Shown here piece after piece: positions 1-9,371 of a DNA stretch of 64,000 bases. Within the stretch, counting starts at the first letter, position 1; each line of letters opens with the position of its first letter. The DNA comes from Candidatus Omnitrophota bacterium (GTDB lineage Bacteria; Omnitrophota; Gorgyraeia; Gygaellales; Profunditerraquicolaceae): assembly GCA_028716245.1 (NCBI GenBank), contig JAQUQW010000002.1, positions 421,346 through 485,345 on the forward strand. Direction: 5' to 3'. The position numbers and the translations under genes are program-made. The notes under the pieces are model-generated. The model made no database searches. It was given only the letters and a program-made list of their open reading frames with translations, and was not told the DNA's origin.

Positions 1-8
1 GGCTGGAT

Positions 9-1262
9 ATGTTTACCATAATCAGGGCGCAGGATTTGCATATGTGGGGCCTGACGCGGGCGGTGGTTTTAACCGTCTCGTTTATTTTTTTATTTGAGTT
101 TGGGCGCCGTCTTTTCTGCTTGAGTTTTAACAAGAGATTTTTCAGCAAATGGATTACGCTGGCTATCTCTGTACTTGTTTTTATATTTCTCTTCGCCTTA
201 GGAGAACATACCATCTGGCCCCGCTATTTTTTATGCTTTCCCGGAGGGGTATTAACGGCTTTAGGTTTCATGGCGTACTATCGAAAGAATGAAGCTGAGT
301 TAGAGCCGTTTAAGGCCCGGAAGTATTTCCTTATAGCCGCCTCTTCGATAGGTATTTATGGTATCTTGGGCGGACTCATTGTTCCAAAAGCGGATTTTTT
401 TCCTGCTTCGGCCATAAACAACGCCTCTTTCTTAAGCCTCTTTGGTATTCCGGTACAGTCCTTCCGTGCTCTTTGTGCCATTGTTTTGGCGTGGGCCTGC
501 TGGTATATTCTCGGGATTTTTAACCGGGAGATCATCCATAAGCTCAAGGCCGATCTGGAAGAGCTCACCATGGCAAAAGAAAAACTGGTCCGTTCCGAAA
601 GCCTCGCCGCTTTAGGCAGGTTTTCCGGCATAATGGGGCATGAATTTAAAAATGAATTATGCGCTATGAAGAACACGGTTTATTTCCTTCAGATGAAATT
701 ACAAAATGGGGATGAAAACGTAAAAAAACATCTCAAGATGTTAGATGAAGAGATCGCCGACACCGAAAGATTAATCGATAATATCGCAAGTTTTGCCAGG
801 AATAAGGCTCCGGAGTTTGAACCTATCGACCTGGAAGATTTTTTATCCAGAAGCATTAAGAAACTTAAAATACCTGATACGATCGAGGTTGTCACTAAGA
901 TAGAAAAGGGGCTGGGTCCGGTGCGGGCAGACAGGATACAACTTTGGAGCGTCTTCAACAATATAATTTTAAATTCCCTGCAGGCGATGGCTAAGAAAGG
1001 CAGGTTGACAGTGGAGGCAAGCAGTTCAGGCGGCTATGTGGACATTATCTTTGAAGATACCGGTTCCGGAATAAAAGAAGAGGATATGAAAACGATCTTT
1101 GTCCCCTTCTCTTCCACCAAAGCCGGGGGCATGGGGTTAGGGCTGGTAATTTCTAAAATTATTATCGAGGCACATCATGGTACTATCGAAATCGCCAGTA
1201 AAACCGGCAAAGGGACTGCTGTTATGATAAGGCTGCCGATAGGAGAAAGTAAAAATGTATAA
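9..1262 (+). CDS. Membrane-bound sensor histidine kinase
   Basis: N-terminal hydrophobic segments are followed by a HisKA H-box 'MGHEFKNEL' and HATPase motifs 'EDTGSGI' (G1) and 'GLGLVISKIIIEAHHGTIEI' (G2). The ORF starts 8 nt from the window edge, so the true N-terminus may lie upstream. Confidence 0.8.
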   Translation: MFTIIRAQDLHMWGLTRAVVLTVSFIFLFEFGRRLFCLSFNKRFFSKWITLAISVLVFIFLFALGEHTIWPRYFLCFPGGVLTALGFMAYYRKNEAELEPFKARKYFLIAASSIGIYGILGGLIVPKADFFPASAINNASFLSLFGIPVQSFRALCAIVLAWACWYILGIFNREIIHKLKADLEELTMAKEKLVRSESLAALGRFSGIMGHEFKNELCAMKNTVYFLQMKLQNGDENVKKHLKMLDEEIADTERLIDNIASFARNKAPEFEPIDLEDFLSRSIKKLKIPDTIEVVTKIEKGLGPVRADRIQLWSVFNNIILNSLQAMAKKGRLTVEASSSGGYVDIIFEDTGSGIKEEDMKTIFVPFSSTKAGGMGLGLVISKIIIEAHHGTIEIASKTGKGTAVMIRLPIGESKNV

Positions 1263-2838
1263 AGACATCCGGATATTGATTATCGATGATGACCCTAATA
1301 TATGCGAATCTTTGAAAGATATATTAAGCGAAGAGGGCTATGAGATAGCCACGGCGGGAAATATCGCCCCCGCAAAAGAGGACCTGGCGAAAGAATTTTA
1401 TAACGTCGTTTTGCTTGATCTTAAGTTTCCCAACGGTTCGGGATTGGATTTGTTGAAAGAGTTAAAGGCATCCAACAGCGATACTGCCGTCATAGTGTTT
1501 ACCGGGTATGCTTCTGCGGAGAACGCTATCGCCGCTTTGAACGAAGGGGCGTTTAGCTATATGCAGAAGCCTCTTAATATAGATGAGTTGAAGATAACCA
1601 TCAAAAAAGCGATCCAGGGGCAGGAGCTTATGTTAAGCAATAAAGACCTGTTGAACAGACTCAAAGAGCTTAGCGTTAAAGATCCTCTTACCGGACTTTA
1701 CAATTACCGGTACCTGGAGGAAAGGCTGTCGTCGGAATTTAAAAGGGCGCATAGATATGTGCTGCCGCTTTCGGTAATAATGATCGATATAGATTATTTT
1801 AAATCCATAAATGACATATATGGGCATCAATACGGAGACCTGATCCTGAAGGAGTTCGGGCAATGTTTAAGGGATGCTTCCAGGACCAACGATATAGTTG
1901 TCCGTTACGGCGGCGAGGAGTTTCTTGCTCTTTTACCCGATACCAATAAAACGGGCGCCGTTATTTTCGGCAACAGGCTGCTGGAAAAATTAGTCGGACA
2001 TGTATTTGATCCCCAGGGCCAGAAAATAAAATTAAAGATAAGCATGGGGCTGGTCAGTTTCCCGGAGGACGGCGTGGATACGGAGATGGCCCTTACGGAT
2101 TTGGCAGATAAGACGCTGCGCACGGCAAAAGAGGCCGGCGGCAACAGGTTAGCGACATTGGCGGAGATGACCGAAAAGCAGGCAAATAACGGCGCAAACA
2201 AAGGTGAAAAAGAGAGCGTAGAACAGATGAAGGAGAAGCTGCTTAAGATGGAAGGCAGGGTCAACCAGACTTTACTGGAATCCATTTACGCTTTTGCCAA
2301 GACCATCGAAGCCAAAGATTATTACACCAGTGAGCACGGTGAAAATATGGTTTCTATAGCCGTTGAGATCGGTAAAAAGCTCAACATTTCCGAGAAGGAA
2401 CTGGAAAACCTCAAACACGCGGCGATATTGCATGATTTAGGCAAGATCGGCATTCCCGATAAAATCCTGCACAAAAAAGGGAAACTCAATGAAAATGAAC
2501 TAAAGAAAATAAGGGCCCATCCTCAGATTGGGGCCGAGATTATCAGGAGCGTGCATTTTTTGAGCGCAGTGGTCCCAATAGTCCTTCATCACCATGAGAG
2601 GTTTGACGGCCTGGGATACTCCAGCGGCCTTAAGGGCAAAGATATACTCCTGGGAGCAAGGATTATCGCGGTGGCTGATGTTTATCAGGCGCTGGTTTCG
2701 GACCGGCCGTATCGCAAGGCTTATAGCAAAAGAGAAGCGCTAAAGATTATTCAGGAAGGCGCCGGCACGCAATTTGATCCGGAGATAGTTAAGATATTCC
2801 TGGAAATATCAAAATCTAAAAGCAGAGGGCCTAAGTAA
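1255..2838 (+). CDS. Response regulator with REC + GGDEF (diguanylate cyclase) + HD-GYP domains
   Basis: Receiver 'ILIIDDD...VLLDLKFP'. The GGDEF domain has an intact 'RYGGEEF' active site and an RxxD I-site ('RTND') five residues upstream. The C-terminal HD-GYP-type domain has 'HDLGKIGIP' and 'HHERFDGLGYSSG'. The start overlaps the kinase stop. Confidence 0.85.
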   Translation: MYKDIRILIIDDDPNICESLKDILSEEGYEIATAGNIAPAKEDLAKEFYNVVLLDLKFPNGSGLDLLKELKASNSDTAVIVFTGYASAENAIAALNEGAFSYMQKPLNIDELKITIKKAIQGQELMLSNKDLLNRLKELSVKDPLTGLYNYRYLEERLSSEFKRAHRYVLPLSVIMIDIDYFKSINDIYGHQYGDLILKEFGQCLRDASRTNDIVVRYGGEEFLALLPDTNKTGAVIFGNRLLEKLVGHVFDPQGQKIKLKISMGLVSFPEDGVDTEMALTDLADKTLRTAKEAGGNRLATLAEMTEKQANNGANKGEKESVEQMKEKLLKMEGRVNQTLLESIYAFAKTIEAKDYYTSEHGENMVSIAVEIGKKLNISEKELENLKHAAILHDLGKIGIPDKILHKKGKLNENELKKIRAHPQIGAEIIRSVHFLSAVVPIVLHHHERFDGLGYSSGLKGKDILLGARIIAVADVYQALVSDRPYRKAYSKREALKIIQEGAGTQFDPEIVKIFLEISKSKSRGPK

Positions 2839-2840
2839 TC

Positions 2841-3197
2841 ATGCAAAAAGAGATCGCTATAGTCATTGCTGATGATAACCAGAGTATTCGCGAAACCCTC
2901 AAGGACATCTTGAGCGAAAAGGGGTATTTTGTCGAAACAGTCAATAACGGTTACGAGTTGTATGATTATTTAAAGAAGAAATCACCGGAGATTGTAATCC
3001 TGGACCTAATGATGCCCGAGAAGGACGGAACTGAAACTATTTTTAGCATTAAGACCGTTTCTCCCAAGTCCAAGATTATAATTTATACCGGATTTCAAAG
3101 ATATGAAAATTCGATCTACGCCCAGGCCGCGGACAGGTTTCTGTTAAAAGGTAATACCCTGGAAGATTTATTAAAGGCCATCGAGGAATTGTTATAA
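2841..3197 (+). CDS. Single-domain response regulator (CheY-like receiver)
   Basis: 'IAIVIADDNQSIRETLKDIL...VILDLMMPEKDG' receiver signature with no output domain. Confidence 0.8.
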   Translation: MQKEIAIVIADDNQSIRETLKDILSEKGYFVETVNNGYELYDYLKKKSPEIVILDLMMPEKDGTETIFSIKTVSPKSKIIIYTGFQRYENSIYAQAADRFLLKGNTLEDLLKAIEELL

Positions 3198-3237
3198 TTT
3201 CTCCGCCTGCGGGGTGGGTATTTTTTTTTTAAACAAC

Positions 3238-3266
3238 TTGACAAGGGTAGGGGGGTATGGTATTAT
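3238..3266 (+). promoter_or_regulatory. Sigma70-like promoter (TTGACA-N17-TATTAT) with G-tract operator-like sequence in the spacer
   Basis: 'ttgaca' 3238-3243 and 'tattat' 3261-3266, followed by RBS 'aaaggag' and the csoR ATG at 3291. The spacer is 'agggtaggggggtatgg'. A weak hairpin plus T10 run at 3201-3230 terminates the upstream regulator genes. Confidence 0.5.
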
Positions 3267-3290
3267 TGATTTGGAAAGGAGACACAGAAG

Positions 3291-3575
3291 ATGGAACAGT
3301 CAACTACCCATGAAGGACAATTGGAATTTTTGAAAAAAATCGAAGGGCAGGTCCGCGGCATACAAAAGATGATTGAAGAAAAACGCTACTGTGTGGATAT
3401 AATTACCCAGATTCATTCCATTGTCGGGGCGCTGCACAGAGTAGAAGATGAGATATTTAAGAAACATATTGACGGCTGTGTGGTGAGCGCCTTAAAGGGA
3501 AAATCAGAAAGCGAAAAGCAAAAGAAAATCAATGAAATCGTAAAACTTATTTCCAGGTTCAGGAAGGCGGCTTAG
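3291..3575 (+). CDS. csoR: CsoR-family copper-sensing transcriptional repressor
   Basis: 'LKKIEGQVRGIQKMIEEKRYCVDIITQI' is the DUF156/CsoR core. The Cu(I) ligand triad has exact CsoR spacing: C ('RYC'), then H 25 residues later ('KKH'), then C four residues after that ('HIDGC'). Confidence 0.85.
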   Translation: MEQSTTHEGQLEFLKKIEGQVRGIQKMIEEKRYCVDIITQIHSIVGALHRVEDEIFKKHIDGCVVSALKGKSESEKQKKINEIVKLISRFRKAA

Positions 3576-3579
3576 GCGT

Positions 3580-4860
3580 ATGCTTAAAAAGACTTTGGCC
3601 CTAATTTTGGTTGGCGTATGCGTATTCAATAGCGGCTTTGCTTATCCCTTGGACCGGCTGTCCTTGGATCCTTTAATCGAAGAAGCCAGAAAAAATAATC
3701 CGGATATTTTAGCCGCCAAGAAACGCTGGGAAGCTTCCAACGCCCGCATACCGCTGTCAAAGTCTTTGGATGACCCGGTATTAAGTTTTACTTTCGAAAA
3801 AACACGCGGCAGCCCTTTTCAATTAAGCAAAACAATGCCTGAAGACAGGATGCTCTCTCTCTCTCAATTTTTGCCCCTCTTTGGCAAATTGTCCCTGAAA
3901 GGGAAAATTTCCGTGGTTGAATCCCGGATGTTTGCCGCTGAATATAAAAATAAGGAATTGGAAGTAATCAATCAAATCAAAAATGCTTATTACGATTTAT
4001 TTATGGACTATAAGGAGATTGGATTGAATCAGGAAAGCCTGGTATTGTTAGAAGGCCTGATCAAAGTTGCCGAAGCAAAATATGCGGTTGGCGGTATGCC
4101 TCAGGAGGAAATTTATAAGCTGCATTCGGAGGCAGCCAGCCTTAAAAACAAAATCAAAAACCTGCAAGAGGGCAAGCTTGCCAAACAAACAATCCTGAAT
4201 ACCTTATTAAACAGGGATCCGCAAGGGCCATTAGGAATTCCGGAATTAAGCCAGGATGTTTCCTTTGCTAAAGACATCCGCGCCTTGTATCAAGCTGTTT
4301 TGCTTAACCAGCCGGAATTGCTTATTTTCGCATCAGCTATAGAAAGAAATAAATACGCCAAGTCTCTGGCAAAACGAAGCTTCTTTCCGGATTTATTGGC
4401 CCAAATTACGGAGCGGGGTTTTACTACGGGAACCATCGGCCCCTGGGATTTAATGTTGGCATTTACAGTGCCGTTATGGTTCTGGACAAAACAACGTTAT
4501 CAAGTAAAAGAAGCGATCGCTAATTTAGAAGAAGCAGAGGAGGCATATAAGGCAATGCAGAATAAGGCGTTTGCCGAAGTTAAGGATTTAGCCGCAAAAA
4601 TAGAGATCGCCAAAAATAAAATAAAACTCTATAAAACCGACCTTATACCGATATTAGAGAATTCTTTTGAAGTGTCTTTGGCTTCGTTTCGTTCCGGAAG
4701 AAGTGATTTTATGGCGCTTATCGATACCCAAAGAATGCTTATCGAGACCAAAATGGACTATTATAAAGCGCTGGTTGAATACAATATGGCTTTGGCCGAC
4801 CTGGAACGCTCCGTAGGCTTGAGTTTTACCGAAAAATCCGAGGTGAAAAATGAGAAATAA
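3580..4860 (+). CDS. cusC: Outer-membrane efflux protein (TolC/CusC/CzcC family)
   Basis: Signal peptide and two OEP repeats, with the typical 'LNQPELL...AKYAVG' helical pattern. It sits immediately upstream of the adaptor and RND genes. Its stop overlaps the next gene's start. Confidence 0.8.
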   Translation: MLKKTLALILVGVCVFNSGFAYPLDRLSLDPLIEEARKNNPDILAAKKRWEASNARIPLSKSLDDPVLSFTFEKTRGSPFQLSKTMPEDRMLSLSQFLPLFGKLSLKGKISVVESRMFAAEYKNKELEVINQIKNAYYDLFMDYKEIGLNQESLVLLEGLIKVAEAKYAVGGMPQEEIYKLHSEAASLKNKIKNLQEGKLAKQTILNTLLNRDPQGPLGIPELSQDVSFAKDIRALYQAVLLNQPELLIFASAIERNKYAKSLAKRSFFPDLLAQITERGFTTGTIGPWDLMLAFTVPLWFWTKQRYQVKEAIANLEEAEEAYKAMQNKAFAEVKDLAAKIEIAKNKIKLYKTDLIPILENSFEVSLASFRSGRSDFMALIDTQRMLIETKMDYYKALVEYNMALADLERSVGLSFTEKSEVKNEK

Positions 4861-6049
4861 AAATGTTTTAGTCATCGCTTTGTTTTCGCTTATTGCCGTA
4901 TTGTTAGTGGTGATTACATTGTTTTTTGTTAGGCATTACCGTATTTTAGGAAAGCAATCCGTAACCGGATCGGTAAGCGCGGAAAAAGATATATATTATT
5001 GCCCGATGCATCCTGCTTATACTTCTGGGAGGCCGGGAGATTGCCCTATCTGTGGAATGAAATTAGTCAAAAAAGAAAAATCCGAAAATCAAAACCATAG
5101 TGCCGCGTCAAAAAAAGAACGCAAGTTGCTTTATTACCGCAATCCCATGAATCCAGAAGTTACTTCGCCTGTACCCATGAAAGATTCAATGGGTATGGAT
5201 TATGTTCCGGTATATGAGGAAGAAGCTTCCGGAAACTCTGGGATTTACATGAGCCCGGAGAAACAGCAGCTTATCGGGGTAACCAAAGAGAAGATCCAAA
5301 AAAGAGAGCTTACCCAGCAAATTCTTACAGTAGGCAAGGTAGCTTATGATCCGGCTCTGTATATAGCGCAAGAGGAATTTCTGCAGGCATTAAAAACGCA
5401 AGGCGAATTGTCAGGTTCTTCTATTGCAGCCCAGGGTAAATCCTTGTTAGAAGCAGCAAAACGAAAACTCTTATTATTGGGGATGGACAAGGTACAGATT
5501 GAAGAGTTAGCTAAACAAAATAAGCCTCAAGGCAACCTTTATTTACCGACAACAGAAAATACAGTCTGGGTGTATATAACCATCTACGAGTATGAAGCAG
5601 GTTTTATTAAAATGGGATTACCGGTTGAGATAGAAGCGATTGCTTTCCCGGGAGAAATATTTAACGGAAAAATTTCCGCGATAACACCGGTGTTGGATTC
5701 AATGACCCGCTCTATACAGGTAAGGGCGGAAGTGGATAATTCTGACAATAAACTTAAGCCCGAAATGTTCGTTAATGTTAAGATTAATGTGGACCTCGGA
5801 GAAGTCCTTGCCGTTCCTGAAACCGCTGTTCTGGATACGGGCGCAAGAAAGATTGTTTACCTTGCCAAAGACGCGGATATGCTGGAGCAGCGCGACGTCA
5901 CCTTGGGCCAGAAAGCTCAAGGCTATTATACGGTACTTAAAGGATTAGTTGAAGGGGACCAGGTAGTTACCAGTGGAAATTTCCTGGTGGATTCTGAGAG
6001 TAAATTAAAAGGCGCCACCCAGGGCGCCACTCATAAACACGGGGAATAA
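4850..6049 (+). CDS. cusB: Heavy-metal efflux RND periplasmic adaptor (CusB/CzcB-like) with N-terminal metal-binding motif
   Basis: Single TM/signal region, then the 'YYCPMHPAYTSGRPGDCPICGMKLV' heavy-metal-binding module typical of CusB-type adaptors, then a membrane-fusion beta-barrel/lipoyl region. Confidence 0.85.
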   Translation: MRNKNVLVIALFSLIAVLLVVITLFFVRHYRILGKQSVTGSVSAEKDIYYCPMHPAYTSGRPGDCPICGMKLVKKEKSENQNHSAASKKERKLLYYRNPMNPEVTSPVPMKDSMGMDYVPVYEEEASGNSGIYMSPEKQQLIGVTKEKIQKRELTQQILTVGKVAYDPALYIAQEEFLQALKTQGELSGSSIAAQGKSLLEAAKRKLLLLGMDKVQIEELAKQNKPQGNLYLPTTENTVWVYITIYEYEAGFIKMGLPVEIEAIAFPGEIFNGKISAITPVLDSMTRSIQVRAEVDNSDNKLKPEMFVNVKINVDLGEVLAVPETAVLDTGARKIVYLAKDADMLEQRDVTLGQKAQGYYTVLKGLVEGDQVVTSGNFLVDSESKLKGATQGATHKHGE

Positions 6050-6061
6050 TGAGAAAATAAG

Positions 6062-9000
6062 ATGATTGAAAAGATAATTGAATTTTCGGCAAAAAATAAA
6101 TATATCATTATCATTTTGGCTATTGTGGCGATGGTGGTGGCGGTTTATTGCATTAAGAATATACCGTTGGACGCGATTCCGGATCTTTCCGACACTCAAG
6201 TCATAATTTATTCCCGTTGGGACCGTTCTCCCGATATCATCGAGGATCAGGTAACCTATCCTATAGTGACCGCAATGCTCGGAGCGCCTAAAGTCAAAGC
6301 CATCCGCGGCTTTTCTGATTTCGGGTTTTCTTACGTGTACATTATTTTTAAAGATGGGACGGATATATATTGGGCGCGCAGCCGTGTGCTTGAATATTTA
6401 AGTAAAATTATACCGAAATTACCGGAAGGCGTGCGCACGGAAATTGGGCCGGACGCAACCGGTGTAGGCTGGGTGTATCAATACGCCCTGGTCGATAAGA
6501 GCGGAAAAAATAACCTGGCGCAGCTGCGCACTTTCCAGGACTGGTATTTGCGTTATTGGCTGCAGAGTGTTCCGGGTGTGGCGGAAGTGGCTTCGCTAGG
6601 CGGATTTCAGAAACAGTATCAGGTCAATATTAATCCGAATGCCTTGTTGGCGTATAAGATTCCTTTGGTGAAAGTTTTGGACGCCATTCGAGACGGTAAT
6701 AATGACATAGGCGGCCGTTTAGTGGAATTTTCCGGGACCGAATATATGGTCAGGGGCAGAGGCTATGCTAAATCCGTAAAAGACATTGAAAATGTTGTTT
6801 TAGGAAATGATCTGTCCGGCACCCCGATTTTAGTTAAGAATGTGGCTCAGGTAGTAATGGGCCCGGAAATACGCCGGGGGGTCGCGGATCTGGATGGGCA
6901 AGGCGATACGGTCGGCGGTATCGTGATAATGCGTTACGGTGAGAACGCGCTCAATGTTATTAATAATGTTAAAGAAAAGATCGAAGAGATTAAACCTTCC
7001 TTACCCAAGGGTGTCCAGATCATTACTACCTATGACCGTTCGGAGCTGATAAAACGTTCCATTGAAACATTAAAGCATCAGTTAATTGAGGAAATGATCA
7101 TCGTCAGTTTTGTTATCCTTCTTTTCTTATGGCATTTCCCTTCGGCAATTATCCCGATTGTCACCATTCCGATAGCGGTACTTTTGTCGTTCATTCCGCT
7201 GTTTGGATTGAAATTAACTTCAAACATTATGTCTCTTTCGGGCATAGCGATTTCTATAGGCGTGCTTGTTGATGGAGCGATTGTTGAAGTGGAAAACGCT
7301 TATAAAAAATTGCAGTTATGGGAAGCAGGGGGCCGTAAAGGCGATTATCATATAGTGAGGCTCAACGCGTTAAAGGAAGTCGGGCCTTCCGTATTTTTCT
7401 CACTTTTGGTTATTGCGGTCGCGTTTTTACCGGTATTTACGCTGGTTGATCAGGAGGGAAGGTTATTTAAACCCCTGGCGTTTAGCAAAAATTTTGCCAT
7501 GGCCATTGCCGCCATATTAGCGATAACACTCGATCCGGCGATGCGGATGTTGTTTACCAGAATGGATTATAAACATTTCCGGCCCAGATGGTTCTCCAAC
7601 ATATTCAATACGATTACAGTAGGCAGGTATTATCCTGAAGAAAAACATCCGGTAAGCAAAATTTTATTTAGATTTTATGAGCCTGTATGTAATTTCGTGC
7701 TTAAACACCGTAAAACCACATTAATCGCTGCGGCTATATTGATTCTTGCGACCATACCCGTTTATTTGCAATTAGGTTCGGAATTTATGCCTCCGCTTAA
7801 TGAGGGGACAATCCTTTATATGCCGACTACTTTACCGGGTATCTCAGTGACTGAAACGCAAAGGCTCCTTCAGACGATGGATAAAATTATAAAAACTGTT
7901 CCTGAAGTTGAGCGGGTGTTTGGAAAGGCCGGCCGCGCCGAAACCTCGACTGATCCGGCGCCATTTTCAATGATGGAAACCACCATTGTGTTAAAACCGG
8001 AAAGCCAGTGGCGTAAGGTACACCGTTGGTATTCCTGGATGCCCGCAGGTTTACAGGGGCCATTGCGGCCGATTTGGCGCGATAGGATTACCTGGGAAGA
8101 TATAATCAATGAGTTAGATAAAAAAATGCAATTTCCCGGGGTCAGTAATGCCTGGACGATGCCGATTAAGGCCAGAATTGATATGTTATCTACGGGAGTG
8201 CGCACGCCCATAGGAATCAAGGTTTATGGGGCGGATTTAAAAGAGATAGAGAAGATCGGCACGCATTTGGAAATGATTATGAAGGGGGTTAAAGGCACAC
8301 GCAGTATTTACGCCGAGCGGGTTACCGGCGGATATTTCGTGGATTTTGACATTAAGCGCGATCAGATCGCCCGCTACGGCTTGAGTATAAAAGAAGTGGA
8401 GATGGTGATCATGTCGGCTATCGGCGGTGAACCGGTTACTACCACCGTAGAAGGCAGAGAAAGGTATACGGTGAATGTGCGCTATGCCCGGGAACTTCGG
8501 GATGACTTGCCGAAACTGCGCAGGGTATTGGTATCCACAATGTCCGGGGCGCAGATTCCGTTGGAAGAGTTAGCCGATATCCATCTGGCATTAGGGCCGG
8601 CAATGATCAGGGATGAAAACGGGATGCTCTCCGGTTACGTGTATGTGGATATCGCCGGGCGGGATGTTGGCAGTTATGTAACTGAGGCAAAAAAGATAGT
8701 GCAAAAAGAACTGCAAATACCTACGGGGTATTCGATTGTCTGGAGCGGGCAGTACGAAAATATGCTCAGAGTCAGGGAAAGATTAAAGCTGGTAATACCC
8801 ATTACTATATTCATAATCTTTGTCTTGCTTTATATGAACACAAAATCGCCGGTAAAAGCGGGCATTGTTATGTTAGCCGTTCCGTTTTCATTGATCGGAG
8901 CGGTATGGTTTCTCTATATTCTAAAATACAATATTTCCATTGCCGTCTGGGTCGGGATGATCGCCTTGATGGGTTTAGACGCGGAAACCGGGGTGTTTAT

Positions 9001-9352
9001 GCTGTTGTTCTTGGATCTTTCTTACTACGATATGGTCAGGCAGGGAAGAATGAAAACTTTTGAAGATTTAAAAGAGGCAATTATCCATGGCGCGGTAAAG
9101 CGTATCCGGCCGAAGATGATGACCGTGATGGCGATGTTCATGGGTTTAATTCCGATAATGTATTCTATGGGTACCGGCAGCGATATGATGAAACGCATTG
9201 CCGCGCCGATGATCGGAGGGGTATTTACAAGTTTTATTCTTGAATTATTAGTCTACCCTCCGATTTATTTGATTTGGAAATGGCGCTTTGAAATGAAATA
9301 TGGCACGGTAGACGTAAGTAAATTACCGATACCGGAATTACGCAGACATTAG
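6062..9352 (+). CDS. cusA: Heavy-metal efflux RND transporter (HME family, CusA/CzcA-like)
   Basis: 1096 aa with a 12-TM AcrB/CzcA architecture and two large periplasmic loops. Gene order is OMF-MFP-RND. The start of the protein resembles CzcA/CusA N-termini. Confidence 0.9.
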   Translation: MIEKIIEFSAKNKYIIIILAIVAMVVAVYCIKNIPLDAIPDLSDTQVIIYSRWDRSPDIIEDQVTYPIVTAMLGAPKVKAIRGFSDFGFSYVYIIFKDGTDIYWARSRVLEYLSKIIPKLPEGVRTEIGPDATGVGWVYQYALVDKSGKNNLAQLRTFQDWYLRYWLQSVPGVAEVASLGGFQKQYQVNINPNALLAYKIPLVKVLDAIRDGNNDIGGRLVEFSGTEYMVRGRGYAKSVKDIENVVLGNDLSGTPILVKNVAQVVMGPEIRRGVADLDGQGDTVGGIVIMRYGENALNVINNVKEKIEEIKPSLPKGVQIITTYDRSELIKRSIETLKHQLIEEMIIVSFVILLFLWHFPSAIIPIVTIPIAVLLSFIPLFGLKLTSNIMSLSGIAISIGVLVDGAIVEVENAYKKLQLWEAGGRKGDYHIVRLNALKEVGPSVFFSLLVIAVAFLPVFTLVDQEGRLFKPLAFSKNFAMAIAAILAITLDPAMRMLFTRMDYKHFRPRWFSNIFNTITVGRYYPEEKHPVSKILFRFYEPVCNFVLKHRKTTLIAAAILILATIPVYLQLGSEFMPPLNEGTILYMPTTLPGISVTETQRLLQTMDKIIKTVPEVERVFGKAGRAETSTDPAPFSMMETTIVLKPESQWRKVHRWYSWMPAGLQGPLRPIWRDRITWEDIINELDKKMQFPGVSNAWTMPIKARIDMLSTGVRTPIGIKVYGADLKEIEKIGTHLEMIMKGVKGTRSIYAERVTGGYFVDFDIKRDQIARYGLSIKEVEMVIMSAIGGEPVTTTVEGRERYTVNVRYARELRDDLPKLRRVLVSTMSGAQIPLEELADIHLALGPAMIRDENGMLSGYVYVDIAGRDVGSYVTEAKKIVQKELQIPTGYSIVWSGQYENMLRVRERLKLVIPITIFIIFVLLYMNTKSPVKAGIVMLAVPFSLIGAVWFLYILKYNISIAVWVGMIALMGLDAETGVFMLLFLDLSYYDMVRQGRMKTFEDLKEAIIHGAVKRIRPKMMTVMAMFMGLIPIMYSMGTGSDMMKRIAAPMIGGVFTSFILELLVYPPIYLIWKWRFEMKYGTVDVSKLPIPELRRH

Positions 9353-9371
9353 AAAAAGGGGAGCAGGCTAA

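Noticed and set aside
356-961. Minus-strand ORFs 356..676 and 689..961 inside the histidine kinase gene
   Set aside because: They overlap a + strand ORF with clear HisKA/HATPase motifs. They have no RBS and low-complexity translations. They are antisense artefacts.
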